Positions 9,475 through 18,240 of a stretch of DNA of 39,379 nt are shown one piece after another; positions within the stretch are counted from its first letter, which is position 1; every line of letters begins with the position of its first letter. The notes beneath the pieces are model-generated. The model was not told the origin of the DNA. It searched no databases and saw only the letters and a list, made by a program, of their open reading frames with translations. The stretch is from an uncultured Oscillospiraceae bacterium (GTDB taxonomy: Bacteria > Bacillota > Clostridia > Christensenellales > CAG-138): the NCBI GenBank assembly GCA_964411535.1, contig CAYPLG010000003.1, positions 1-39,379 of the forward strand, written 5' to 3'. The position numbers and the translations under genes were made by a program.

Positions 9475-10185
9475 TTAATCAAACGGGCTGAACACCCTGC
9501 GCTCGTGCGTCATTGGATAGGCGCTGACATTTCCCTTGTCATCCATCGTTGCAAGATACACATCCTGAACGCTCTTATAGCCCGATGCGCCCAGTTCTTT
9601 TTCAAGATACCTTTCATCATATCCCAGCGCCTGTAATGTGTGCATAAGCGGCGTTCCGTCCAGAATAATATTATGCAAAACACGCTTCTGCTCCGGAAAA
9701 ACGGACATATCCACGGGCTGCAACGGCCGCCGGTCCTCCTTGGGCAAAAAGCTTACAGTACCGTTTTCCTCTAGGATGGCCGTCTGAATCTCCGCAATGT
9801 CGAAGTAGCCGTTAATGCGGCACAAAGTCAGAAAGTCCAGTATATCAAATCTGGCTTTTCGCATGTTCTCACGGTATACAATACCTTCATCCATTAAAAG
9901 AAGCGGCTTCCCCGTCATGACCTTGCGTACCGCCGGGAACCTACTTGTAAGAACCGATATAACAAATGCGATAGCCGCATACAGCACCATTGCAATCGCC
10001 GGAATAAATGGATTCTCCATTTCGGTAGCCATCTCCGCGGCAATGGAGCCAATGCTGATTCCGATAATGTAATCAAACATGGACATCTGCGAAATCTGCT
10101 TATTGCCCATAAGCTTGGTAAGCAGAAACAGAATAATCAAGGAAACAACGGCCGTCAGGCATACAGATGCTACTTCATTCCACAT
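9475..10185 (-). CDS. DUF421 (YetF-like) membrane protein
   Basis: LTKLMGNKQISQMSMFDYIIGISIGSIAAEM is the DUF421 signature. Start taken at ATG 10185 (MWNEVAS...). The longer track ORF (to 10326) would overlap the divergent gene and its promoter. No clear RBS, so the start is uncertain. Confidence 0.75.
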   Translation of the reverse strand: MWNEVASVCLTAVVSLIILFLLTKLMGNKQISQMSMFDYIIGISIGSIAAEMATEMENPFIPAIAMVLYAAIAFVISVLTSRFPAVRKVMTGKPLLLMDEGIVYRENMRKARFDILDFLTLCRINGYFDIAEIQTAILEENGTVSFLPKEDRRPLQPVDMSVFPEQKRVLHNIILDGTPLMHTLQALGYDERYLEKELGASGYKSVQDVYLATMDDKGNVSAYPMTHERRVFSPFD

Positions 10186-10223
10186 ATCGCTAGTATGAAC
10201 AGGGAACGCCAAGCTATGCGCCG

Positions 10224-10252
10224 TTGTAACGCCACAGTATTTGTGGTATAGT
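10224..10252 (+). promoter_or_regulatory. candidate extended -10 promoter for the homocysteine methyltransferase gene
   Basis: TTGTAA, 17-nt spacer, TGgTATAGT. About 30 nt upstream of ATG 10284. Confidence 0.45.
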
Positions 10253-10283
10253 AAGCAAAATAAAATGAACAGGACGAAAAGAT

Positions 10284-11138
10284 ATGGATTTGTTTTCGAT
10301 AAGACCCCTTCTGCTCGACGGCGCAAGCGGTACGATGTTACAGGACGCCGGGCTTCCCATCGGCGCTTCGCCCGATACTTGGAATCTGGAGAATCCGAAC
10401 GCCGTAGAGGCGCTGCACCGCGCCTATCTTGATGCGGGTACGCAGCTAATTCTTACAAATACCTTCAGCAGCAACAGCGTGCGCCATAAGCACGACGGAC
10501 GCGACGCAGCCGCACTCGCGCGCGCGGGCGCGGAAATTGCCGTAAGCGTTAAAAAATCGAGTGCAAATCCGTGCTTCGTCGGCTTTGATATCGGACCGCT
10601 CGGCGTTTTTTTGGAACCCATGGGCGATATGACCGAGGAGGAAGCGGAAGCGATATTTGCGGAATCCGTTCGCGCGGCTTCGGATACGGGCGTCGATTGC
10701 TTCGTCGTGGAAACCATGTGCGATATAACCGAGGCAGCAGCAGCCGTACGCGCTGCCAAACGCTTTGGCGGCGGGCTTCCGGTGCTTTGCACCCTATCCT
10801 TTGACGCGCGCGGCAGGCTCATGACCGGTGCGGACATTCCTGCCGTTGTCAGCGCCTTAACCGAGGCGGGTGTGGACGCGATCGGCTGCAACTGCGGCGT
10901 TGGTCCCGACGTTCTTATACAGCTACTGCCGCAGTTCCTGGCTTGTACCAGCCTTCCGCTCATCATGAAGCCGAATGCCGGACTGCCTGTTTTCCGTGAT
11001 GGAAAAACTTGCTATGATGTAACGCCGGAGGATTTTGCAGCGGATATGCAAAAGCTGTGCGACAGCGGTGTTTGGGCCGTCGGCGGATGCTGCGGCACCA
11101 CCCCGGCACACATTCGGGCGATTGCACAAGTGCTTTAG
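10284..11138 (+). CDS. homocysteine S-methyltransferase domain protein (stand-alone MetH N-terminal-like module)
   Basis: LLDGASGTML, ILTNTFSSN, and zinc-ligand Cys contexts GCNCGVGP and GGCCGTTPAHI. Confidence 0.85.
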   Translation: MDLFSIRPLLLDGASGTMLQDAGLPIGASPDTWNLENPNAVEALHRAYLDAGTQLILTNTFSSNSVRHKHDGRDAAALARAGAEIAVSVKKSSANPCFVGFDIGPLGVFLEPMGDMTEEEAEAIFAESVRAASDTGVDCFVVETMCDITEAAAAVRAAKRFGGGLPVLCTLSFDARGRLMTGADIPAVVSALTEAGVDAIGCNCGVGPDVLIQLLPQFLACTSLPLIMKPNAGLPVFRDGKTCYDVTPEDFAADMQKLCDSGVWAVGGCCGTTPAHIRAIAQVL

Positions 11139-11161
11139 CGCTACACGAACGCACCGTTACA

Positions 11162-11190
11162 AAAATCCGCCAAAATGGCGGATTTTGTTG
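11162..11190. terminator. bidirectional rho-independent terminator
   Basis: AAAATCCGCC-AAAAT-GGCGGATTTT followed by GTTG, between convergent genes. Confidence 0.75.
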
Positions 11191-11220
11191 TCTCTTGTCA
11201 ATACTGTTTGCAATAACAAA

Positions 11221-13221
11221 TCAACTGATCTCGACGCAGCAAATACGCGCCGACTTACCGGAGCCGCCCTTTCCGCGTGTGCCGACAACAAGGTAGTTGC
11301 CGAATACGGCGGGCGTTGAATCAATCCTGCTGCCCAGGTCGATGCTCGTTAAAATGCCGCCGTCCTTAGCGTCGTACATCGTCACCTTGCCGCCGCGGTC
11401 GCATTGCAACAGGTATGCGTTCCCGCGCTCGTCGTATATTACAACCGGGCTGGCCCAATAATCATCGCTCTGCTCAACCGTCCAGGCCACTGCGCCACTC
11501 GTTTTGTCATACGCAACGATGCGCCCGCCAAGATTGTAGGATCCGTCTGCATTCGGAACTGGCTGTGCTTCTGCAACAGGTGTCGCCTCCGGCGCGGCCT
11601 CTGCGGTTGCCTCCGGTGCGGGGGTTTCGGTCACGCTGCCCACTTGGGCGCTCTCGCCTACCTGCGTGCTTTCGCCCACCTGCGTACTACCGACGGCTGG
11701 CGCAGCACCGCCCACCTGCGAGGAAACCCCGCCGCTCCCCGTCAGTGCAGCCATGCTCAGCGGATAGATCACAAGGTTCGATATACTGCTGCCAGCCTTC
11801 CCCACGTGCGGCGTAGCCACCATGCCGCCGCTTGTCGCGCCGTCACCGGTGGAACAAATCTGCATCTTCTCCCACATAACCCGTCCGGTAAGCCCGTTGA
11901 TCTTTCGCTGATAGCTATAGCCATAGCCTGCGCCCAGCCCGCTGTCGCTAAACTTTACCATGGAGCCCGTGTAAAGATAGATCGTATTATCATCGAAACT
12001 TTCCTCTACAACTATGGAGGAATCCGTTTCGTCGGTTACGTCCACGGCGTATTTCAACGTGTAATTGTTGAGATCCACGCAGAGCAGCCTGCCGCCGTTG
12101 TCGGTAAAGAAGCCAAAATTGCGAAATGCCGCAACACTGCTTTCGATCCCGTACCAACGCGCATCCGCAGCATCCTTCTTGGAATAGCCGCTGCCCGTAT
12201 AGCGAAACTTGACAAGGCGTTCCGGCTCCATAGAAACGGTTGCCGAAGCGGGATCATACTGCGCATTGAGCTTTGCCGAATATAGCACGCCGTTCTCGCC
12301 GCCGTACACGATCGTATCGTTCACTATCATCGGGCTACCGTCGTATGCCTGCCAAACACGCTCTGCAAAGTAGTCATAACCGCCGAACGCATATATCTGT
12401 TCCTGTGTAAGCAGGTCGTATACGCGCACCTGCGCAGCGCTATTGCCCTGTTCGTTCTCCACGGGAATTCCCTGCCCGACAAACAGCAACGGATAACCGC
12501 GCGGGTCTATGCAGGCCGTACCCTTCTGCACAACGCCGGTTGCAATCGCCTCCCGCGTTTTCTTGCCGGTTTCCAGGTCGACAAAATATATGTTGCCGTC
12601 CATAGCCGGATAGATTACCTCGGTAAGCGGCGTCTCTGCGGTCTTATACGAATCGGCGACGTTCATGATCTGGCGCGTCTCATCCGGCCATTGCACGATC
12701 AGCGGCATACCCGTCCAACCGGTGCCCGTCCAGTTTCCAATCGCGCCGATGGACATACTCCACTTTTCGCGCATACGCTTTTCCGTAATGATCGGCGTGC
12801 CATAGACAAAGTTATTCCGATAATTGCTGCCGCCGAAGGTCAATAGGCCCGGAATCGTACTGTACTCCACATCGCGGCCGAAGGAAATTGCGTTTTCGCG
12901 CGTGTAGCTATTAAGCTCCTTGCCGTTGACCATGATCTCGCCCCGAAGTCCAAGCCGGCTTGGATCCGCGCTTGCATCTCGCACAACCGCTACGTTCGGC
13001 GGCAAGGAAGGCTTGGGCGTCATGGTCGGTGCGGCGGTTGCCGTCGGTACAGGCGTAGCTTCCAGCTCCTCGCCTTCCGTATCGTCCTCGTTAAGCTTTT
13101 TTACGACGAATACGGCGAGGCCTGCCACCGCCAGCAATATGAAAATCACGAGAAAGAAGCGCGGCTGCATGCGAAACCGTTTCTTTCTGCGTCTGGATGG
13201 TTGTCTTTGTTCTCTTGCCAT
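11221..13221 (-). CDS. membrane-anchored PQQ-like (BamB-type) beta-propeller repeat protein, paralog 1
   Basis: Basic tail, TM helix FFLVIFILLAVAGLAVFVV, Pro/Thr linker, then repeated blade motifs (MDGNIYFVDLETGK, GGRIVAYDKTSGAVAWTV, GGKVTMYDAKDGGIL). ATG 13221 has a GGGTGA RBS. Confidence 0.75.
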   Translation of the reverse strand: MAREQRQPSRRRKKRFRMQPRFFLVIFILLAVAGLAVFVVKKLNEDDTEGEELEATPVPTATAAPTMTPKPSLPPNVAVVRDASADPSRLGLRGEIMVNGKELNSYTRENAISFGRDVEYSTIPGLLTFGGSNYRNNFVYGTPIITEKRMREKWSMSIGAIGNWTGTGWTGMPLIVQWPDETRQIMNVADSYKTAETPLTEVIYPAMDGNIYFVDLETGKKTREAIATGVVQKGTACIDPRGYPLLFVGQGIPVENEQGNSAAQVRVYDLLTQEQIYAFGGYDYFAERVWQAYDGSPMIVNDTIVYGGENGVLYSAKLNAQYDPASATVSMEPERLVKFRYTGSGYSKKDAADARWYGIESSVAAFRNFGFFTDNGGRLLCVDLNNYTLKYAVDVTDETDSSIVVEESFDDNTIYLYTGSMVKFSDSGLGAGYGYSYQRKINGLTGRVMWEKMQICSTGDGATSGGMVATPHVGKAGSSISNLVIYPLSMAALTGSGGVSSQVGGAAPAVGSTQVGESTQVGESAQVGSVTETPAPEATAEAAPEATPVAEAQPVPNADGSYNLGGRIVAYDKTSGAVAWTVEQSDDYWASPVVIYDERGNAYLLQCDRGGKVTMYDAKDGGILTSIDLGSRIDSTPAVFGNYLVVGTRGKGGSGKSARICCVEIS
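11635..11688 (-). repeat. 18-bp coding tandem repeat (about 3 units)
   Basis: Units CTCGCCTACCTGCGTGCT and TTCGCCCACCTGCGTACT plus one degenerate unit encode STQVGE/STQVGE/SAQVGS in a low-complexity loop of paralog 1. Confidence 0.8.
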
Positions 13222-13263
13222 CCGCTTTCACCCTTTCTTTGCGGATTCAATCCTGTGTGCGCG

Positions 13264-15291
13264 TCAGTTGATGCGAACGCCCAGTATCTTCATGCCGCGC
13301 GTACCAACGACGATCATGTCGTTATAGGCCGCCGGCGACGCTTCGATGTTCTTTTGCGAATCAAACGTATGCAGCACCGTGCCGGTCAACCCGTCCAGCA
13401 GGAAAATCCGATCGCCGGTATCGCTGCCCTCGCATACGACGATATATGCATTCCCGCTTGCGTCATAGATTGCCAGCGGCGAGCTCCACGTGTACTTTTC
13501 CATATTGAATGTCCAACGCACTTCGCTCGTCTTCTTGTCCAGCGCCACAAGCTTTCCGGAATTCTCCTCCGGCGTGCGCGCAAACGGAATGATCACAAGG
13601 TCCGATATCGACTTTTCCCCAAGCAGCGCCGTCGCCTGTATGCCGCCGGAAACGCCGGACTTCGTAATCACGCTCTCCTCATACTTCCACACGATCTCAC
13701 CCGTCTCCGCGTCCACCTTTACAAAGGGAATCGTGCCGCGCTTGTCCGCATCCGCGATAAAGTGCAGCGACGGGCCGATATAGATATACGCCTTATGGTT
13801 CGTCTCATCCAGCTCGATTACCGGCGAACCGTTGCAATCGTCCTTCACATCCTGCGCCCAGACAATCGTCATCGTATTGAGATCGATGCATTGTAAAAAG
13901 CCGTCGTTCGTGCCAAGGTACGCGTATCCGCCGAGCACGGCGATGCTCGACTCGTACCCCAGCCAGAAGGTATTCGTGCTGCTGGCCGGATAGGTGGAGC
14001 GCGACCCCGCATACCGCATCTTCACAACGTGGTTGGGATGCATCGTGATCGTCCCCGCAGCCTCGTCGTATACCGTGTTGAGTTTGATCGTATATAGAAT
14101 GCCGTTCTCACCCGGATACACGAGCGTATCCGTCTTGGCATCCACAAGCGGCGAGGAATCGTAGGCGTGCCAATCGCGCAGCGAAAACGGGTCATTCTGT
14201 TTTCCGAATTCATACAGCCGCGTAAAGTCAATGAGCGAAATCGCCATTGCCCGCGACTTCTGATCCTCGGAAAGATACATATCGCCGGAGCCGAGATACA
14301 GTATTGGATATCCGCGCGGGTCCAGCGCGCCTGCGCCCTTAAACGGCATGTTCAAAAACAGCTTGTCGCGCGTAGGCTGCCCCGTCGCAAGGTCGAGAAA
14401 ATAGATGTTGCCGTCCATCGTAGCGTAAATGACCTCGACAAGGTCTGTCTTCTGCTTCGCGGAATCGTACAGGTTCATTACCTGCTTTGTCGCCTCCGGC
14501 CACTTCACGATAAGGGGCTGCCCCACCCAGCCGCTGCCTGTCCACGTGCGGTCTGTCGGGCCGCTTACGTCGCTTCTGCCAAGCTCGCCCGTATCGACGC
14601 TCCATGCGCCTGTAAGCTTCCGGTTGCTGACGGTTGCTAAGCCGAAAGCAGGCTGCGTGCGCAGATTGTTGCCGCGGAACGTGATAACGCCGTCCAAATC
14701 GGTATAGTTCCCGTCATAACCAAAGTTGATTTCCTCGTCGCGCTTGTACGTTGCAACCTCCGCGCCGTCAACCTCCACCTTGACGCCGATACCGTACTTG
14801 GCCGGTTCCGTACCCTCCACCGCATGCGGAATACCGTATGGCGGCGTAGGCGTAGGCGTGGGTGTTGGGCTTGGCGTCGGCGTAGGACTTGGCGTCGGCG
14901 TTTTGAACAGCTCGCTAAATATGCCGGGCTTCGGTGTTTTTTCCGGCTCCTGCACGCCGTCGTCACCGCTCTTTAATGCAAGCGTCAGTACAACGGCAAA
15001 TACGGCGATTACGACAAGGGCGATTGCCAGCAGCAGATAGAAACGGGGCTGAATGCGCACCCTGCGCCGATGCTTTCTTTTCTTCTTATGTCCGGAGCCG
15101 CTGCCGCTGCGGCCGGAGCCGGACGACCCGGATGCACGCACAGCAGACGGACTGCGCCGCGTGGGCGTATCGCCCCGATAGGAGCTGCTTCGATACGAAC
15201 CGCTCCCCCGTGCCTGCGTATGATGTTCCGACGTCCGCCGGCTTTCGTAATCGCTCGTACCGCGGTAGTCGTCGTCCCGATAATTTGCCAA
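13264..15291 (-). CDS. membrane-anchored PQQ-like beta-propeller repeat protein, paralog 2
   Basis: Colinear with paralog 1 (WTGSGWVGQPLIVKWPEATKQVMN vs WTGTGWTGMPLIVQWPDETRQIMN; MDGNIYFLDLATGQ vs MDGNIYFVDLETGK). Start set at TTG 15291, which lies 8 nt after GGGAGG. The track's TTG 15345 has no RBS and remains an alternative. Confidence 0.75.
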   Translation of the reverse strand: MANYRDDDYRGTSDYESRRTSEHHTQARGSGSYRSSSYRGDTPTRRSPSAVRASGSSGSGRSGSGSGHKKKRKHRRRVRIQPRFYLLLAIALVVIAVFAVVLTLALKSGDDGVQEPEKTPKPGIFSELFKTPTPSPTPTPSPTPTPTPTPPYGIPHAVEGTEPAKYGIGVKVEVDGAEVATYKRDEEINFGYDGNYTDLDGVITFRGNNLRTQPAFGLATVSNRKLTGAWSVDTGELGRSDVSGPTDRTWTGSGWVGQPLIVKWPEATKQVMNLYDSAKQKTDLVEVIYATMDGNIYFLDLATGQPTRDKLFLNMPFKGAGALDPRGYPILYLGSGDMYLSEDQKSRAMAISLIDFTRLYEFGKQNDPFSLRDWHAYDSSPLVDAKTDTLVYPGENGILYTIKLNTVYDEAAGTITMHPNHVVKMRYAGSRSTYPASSTNTFWLGYESSIAVLGGYAYLGTNDGFLQCIDLNTMTIVWAQDVKDDCNGSPVIELDETNHKAYIYIGPSLHFIADADKRGTIPFVKVDAETGEIVWKYEESVITKSGVSGGIQATALLGEKSISDLVIIPFARTPEENSGKLVALDKKTSEVRWTFNMEKYTWSSPLAIYDASGNAYIVVCEGSDTGDRIFLLDGLTGTVLHTFDSQKNIEASPAAYNDMIVVGTRGMKILGVRIN

Positions 15292-15362
15292 TGGATTCGC
15301 CTCCCAAAAACGGAATATGGCCTGCCGGGAACCTCGCCCGGTCAAAGCATATTGTTTTGCCT

Positions 15363-15390
15363 ATTATACCATCGTTTTTTTGCAGCGCAA
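15363..15390 (-). promoter_or_regulatory. candidate promoter for the beta-propeller gene pair
   Basis: Minus strand reads TTGCGC, 16-nt spacer, TATAAT. Located between the livF terminator and the paralog 2 start. Confidence 0.4.
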
Positions 15391-15497
15391 GGGTTGCCCC
15401 GTATCGCGAAGCGGCAGCACTGCTTTCTAAAAAAGTATACCATCTCAAGATGTAGTTGTCAGTTGACGAATTGTAAACATTATTTAGTAGTTTTGGC

Positions 15498-15531
15498 AAA
15501 AAAAGAGGTCTGCCGCATTCGACAGACCCCC
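15498..15531 (-). terminator. rho-independent terminator after livF
   Basis: Minus strand reads GGTCTG...CAGACC stem followed by TCTTTTTTT. Confidence 0.6.
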
Positions 15532-15547
15532 TAACCACATTTTCGCG

Positions 15548-16264
15548 TTATTTCGCCTTGCCAAGATATGCGGCACGCACCGCTTCGTTGTTGAGCAGTT
15601 CGTTGCCCGTGCCGGAAAACGTGATTTCACCCGTCACCATCACATAGCCGCGATCCGCCGTTTTCAGCGCGGCGTTTGCGTTTTGCTCAATCAGCAGGAC
15701 CGTCACGCCGTCCGCATTGATGCGCTTGATAATCGAGAAAATGTCACGAACAACAAGCGGTGCAAGACCCAGCGAAGGCTCGTCCATCATGATCAGCTTC
15801 GGTTTGGCCATCAGCGCGCGCGCAACGGCAAGCATCTGCTGCTCTCCGCCGCTCAGCGTACCGGCAAGCTGCCAATGCCGCTCCTGCAAACGCGGGAACA
15901 TGCCGTAGACATACGCCATATCCTTCTCAATGCCGTCCTTGTCATTGCGCAGGTATGCGCCTATGCGCAGGTTTTCCAGCACCGTCAGGTTCGGAAACAC
16001 GCGGCGCCCCTCCGGCACCATGACGATGCCGGACTCGACAACCTTTTGCGCATCCGCCTTCGTAATGTCCGTACCGTTATACACGATCGAACCCGACGCC
16101 GCCGGCACGATACTGCTGATTGCGCGCACGGTTGTGGATTTGCCGGCGCCGTTTGCACCGATAAGCGTTACAATTTCGCCTTCCTCAACGGTGAACGAAA
16201 TGCCTTTGAGCGCCTCAATCCCACCATAATTGACCTTCAGGTCCTTGACTTCCAGCAGACTCAT
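15548..16264 (-). CDS. livF: branched-chain amino acid ABC transporter ATP-binding protein LivF
   Basis: Walker A GANGAGKST, signature LSGGEQQMLAVARAL, C-terminal AYLG. 4-nt overlap with livG. Confidence 0.9.
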   Translation of the reverse strand: MSLLEVKDLKVNYGGIEALKGISFTVEEGEIVTLIGANGAGKSTTVRAISSIVPAASGSIVYNGTDITKADAQKVVESGIVMVPEGRRVFPNLTVLENLRIGAYLRNDKDGIEKDMAYVYGMFPRLQERHWQLAGTLSGGEQQMLAVARALMAKPKLIMMDEPSLGLAPLVVRDIFSIIKRINADGVTVLLIEQNANAALKTADRGYVMVTGEITFSGTGNELLNNEAVRAAYLGKAK

Positions 16265-17106
16265 TCTTCATCCACCCCCAGATACGCGTTGATTACGTCC
16301 GGATTATCCTGCACTTCCTGCGGCGTGCCATGTGCGATCAGCTTGCCGAAGTCAATGACGTAAATACGCTCGGATATCTCCATAACCAGATCCATGTGAT
16401 GCTCGATGAGGAACACCGTAAGCTTGAAATCGTCCCGAATCTGCCGGATAAACGCCGTAAGGTCCATCGTTTCCTGCGGATTCATGCCCGCCGCAGGCTC
16501 ATCGAGCAGCAGCAGCGAGGGGTTTGTGGAAAGCGCGCGCGCGATCTCCAGCCTGCGTTGTTTGCCGTACGGGAGGGAGCAGGCAAGCTCATTGCGCACG
16601 TTTGCGAGGCCGACGATTTCCAGCAAATGCTCCGTCTCGGCGTACATTTCGCGCTCTTCCCGCGCGTTAAGGCGAAATACTTCCGCAAACAAACCGCCCT
16701 TCAGGTTCATATGTTTTGCCACAAGCACGTTTTCGAACACCGTCATGCTCTTGAACAGGCGAATGTTTTGGAACGTCCTCGCCATCCCCAGCTTCGTAAT
16801 CCGGTCAGGCGTATTGCTGACGATATGCGTATACTCGCCCGCATGCCCGGCGGCATAAAGCTTTTTCATCTTTCCACGCGGATAATCCTCCGCAATGGTC
16901 TTGCCGCGCAGCACGACGCGCCCGTTCGAGGGGGCGTATACGCCGGTGATCACGTTGAACACGGTGGTTTTGCCCGCGCCGTTCGGCCCGATTAACGCGA
17001 CGATCTCGCCCTCGTTCACGTCCATGGTCAGATCGTTGACCGCAACCACGCCGCCAAACTGCATCGTGACGTTTTCCACATGCAATACATTCTGCTTCTC
17101 CGGCAT
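16261..17106 (-). CDS. livG: branched-chain amino acid ABC transporter ATP-binding protein LivG
   Basis: FGGVVAVNDL, Walker A GPNGAGKTT, MARTFQNIRLF, LLLLDEPAAGMNP, IEHHMDLV, AYLG. Confidence 0.9.
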   Translation of the reverse strand: MPEKQNVLHVENVTMQFGGVVAVNDLTMDVNEGEIVALIGPNGAGKTTVFNVITGVYAPSNGRVVLRGKTIAEDYPRGKMKKLYAAGHAGEYTHIVSNTPDRITKLGMARTFQNIRLFKSMTVFENVLVAKHMNLKGGLFAEVFRLNAREEREMYAETEHLLEIVGLANVRNELACSLPYGKQRRLEIARALSTNPSLLLLDEPAAGMNPQETMDLTAFIRQIRDDFKLTVFLIEHHMDLVMEISERIYVIDFGKLIAHGTPQEVQDNPDVINAYLGVDEE

Positions 17107-18230
17107 TACCGCGCACCCCCTTCCTTCGGGAACGCAAGGTCGCGCTTGCGGTTGAAACGCTTGATCAGACGGTCAAAGGAAAGCTCCTTGTCCCCCATCA
17201 GGCCGCGGCTAAAGAACAGCACCACGATCATAATAATGACCGAAAATACCAGTCTGCGGAATCCGCTACGCAAAACATTGGTACCGGGGATGTTATACTT
17301 GGACTCGTCCAGAAAGCGGAGCCACCACTCGGAACAGGCGATATACAGAAAGCTTGCGATACAGCTGCCGGAAACGGAGCCGATACCGCCGATTACCACG
17401 ATCAACAGAATCTCGTACGTCAGCGCCGTCTTAAACTGCGCCGCCTGAATCGTAAACTGGTACATCGCAAGCAACGCGCCCGATACGCCGGCAAAGAAGG
17501 AGCTGATTACGAACGACAGTTCCTTATGCTTAAACAGGTTGATGCCCATTGCCTCCGCCGCGACCTCGTCATCGCGCACCGCCTTAAACGCGCGTCCGTA
17601 AGACGAATTGATCAAAAGCAGTATAATCGCAATACAGACGCCGGATACAATAAACAGAAACAATGTCGGCGGGAACTTGATTTTCGTAAACGGAACCGTC
17701 ACGTCGTTGAGGGTCATAAAGTTACGGAGCACGTTTGCGCCGTTTGTGACCGGCCCCAGCACGTCCCACTGACAGATCGCGCGAATAATCTCCGCAAAGC
17801 CCAGCGTTGCAATTGCCAGATAGTCGGACTTGAGCCGGAGCACCGGCAGACCAATCAGCGCTGCAAACAACGCCGCCGCAAGCCCCGCGCAAACAAGGCC
17901 CACAAATATGCCGGTATCAAAGTTGATCGCGCAAGCATAGTTCTGGAAGACCGAACCGCCCTGCTTGACCTCGACTGGCATCGTCAGCACGGAATACGTA
18001 TACGCGCCAATGAGCATGAACCCCGCCTGCCCAAGCGAGAACAGGCCGGTAAAGCCGTTTAGCAGGTTCATCGAAACCGCAACGAGCGAATAGATCGCGC
18101 CCTTCTTCAGAACGGTAAACAGCATGCCGGATGTGCGCATCGTGGATTCCATGACGAACACCGCAATATAGATCAGCGCGACAAACCCCAGCGTCACCCA
18201 AAGGCCGGTTTTGTTCTTTCTTATTTCCAT
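17106..18230 (-). CDS. livM: branched-chain amino acid ABC transporter permease LivM
   Basis: 374-aa polytopic protein with GFTGLFSLGQAGFMLIGAY, positioned between livH and livG. Confidence 0.85.
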   Translation of the reverse strand: MEIRKNKTGLWVTLGFVALIYIAVFVMESTMRTSGMLFTVLKKGAIYSLVAVSMNLLNGFTGLFSLGQAGFMLIGAYTYSVLTMPVEVKQGGSVFQNYACAINFDTGIFVGLVCAGLAAALFAALIGLPVLRLKSDYLAIATLGFAEIIRAICQWDVLGPVTNGANVLRNFMTLNDVTVPFTKIKFPPTLFLFIVSGVCIAIILLLINSSYGRAFKAVRDDEVAAEAMGINLFKHKELSFVISSFFAGVSGALLAMYQFTIQAAQFKTALTYEILLIVVIGGIGSVSGSCIASFLYIACSEWWLRFLDESKYNIPGTNVLRSGFRRLVFSVIIMIVVLFFSRGLMGDKELSFDRLIKRFNRKRDLAFPKEGGAR

Positions 18231-18240
18231 AACCCGCCTC

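Noticed and set aside
11404-12285. 293-aa plus-strand ORF. The same applies to ORFs at 18211-19116, 20959-21966, 33616-34503 and 24175-24879.
   Set aside because: All lie inside stronger opposite-strand genes and have the Arg/His/Cys-rich composition of antisense translation.
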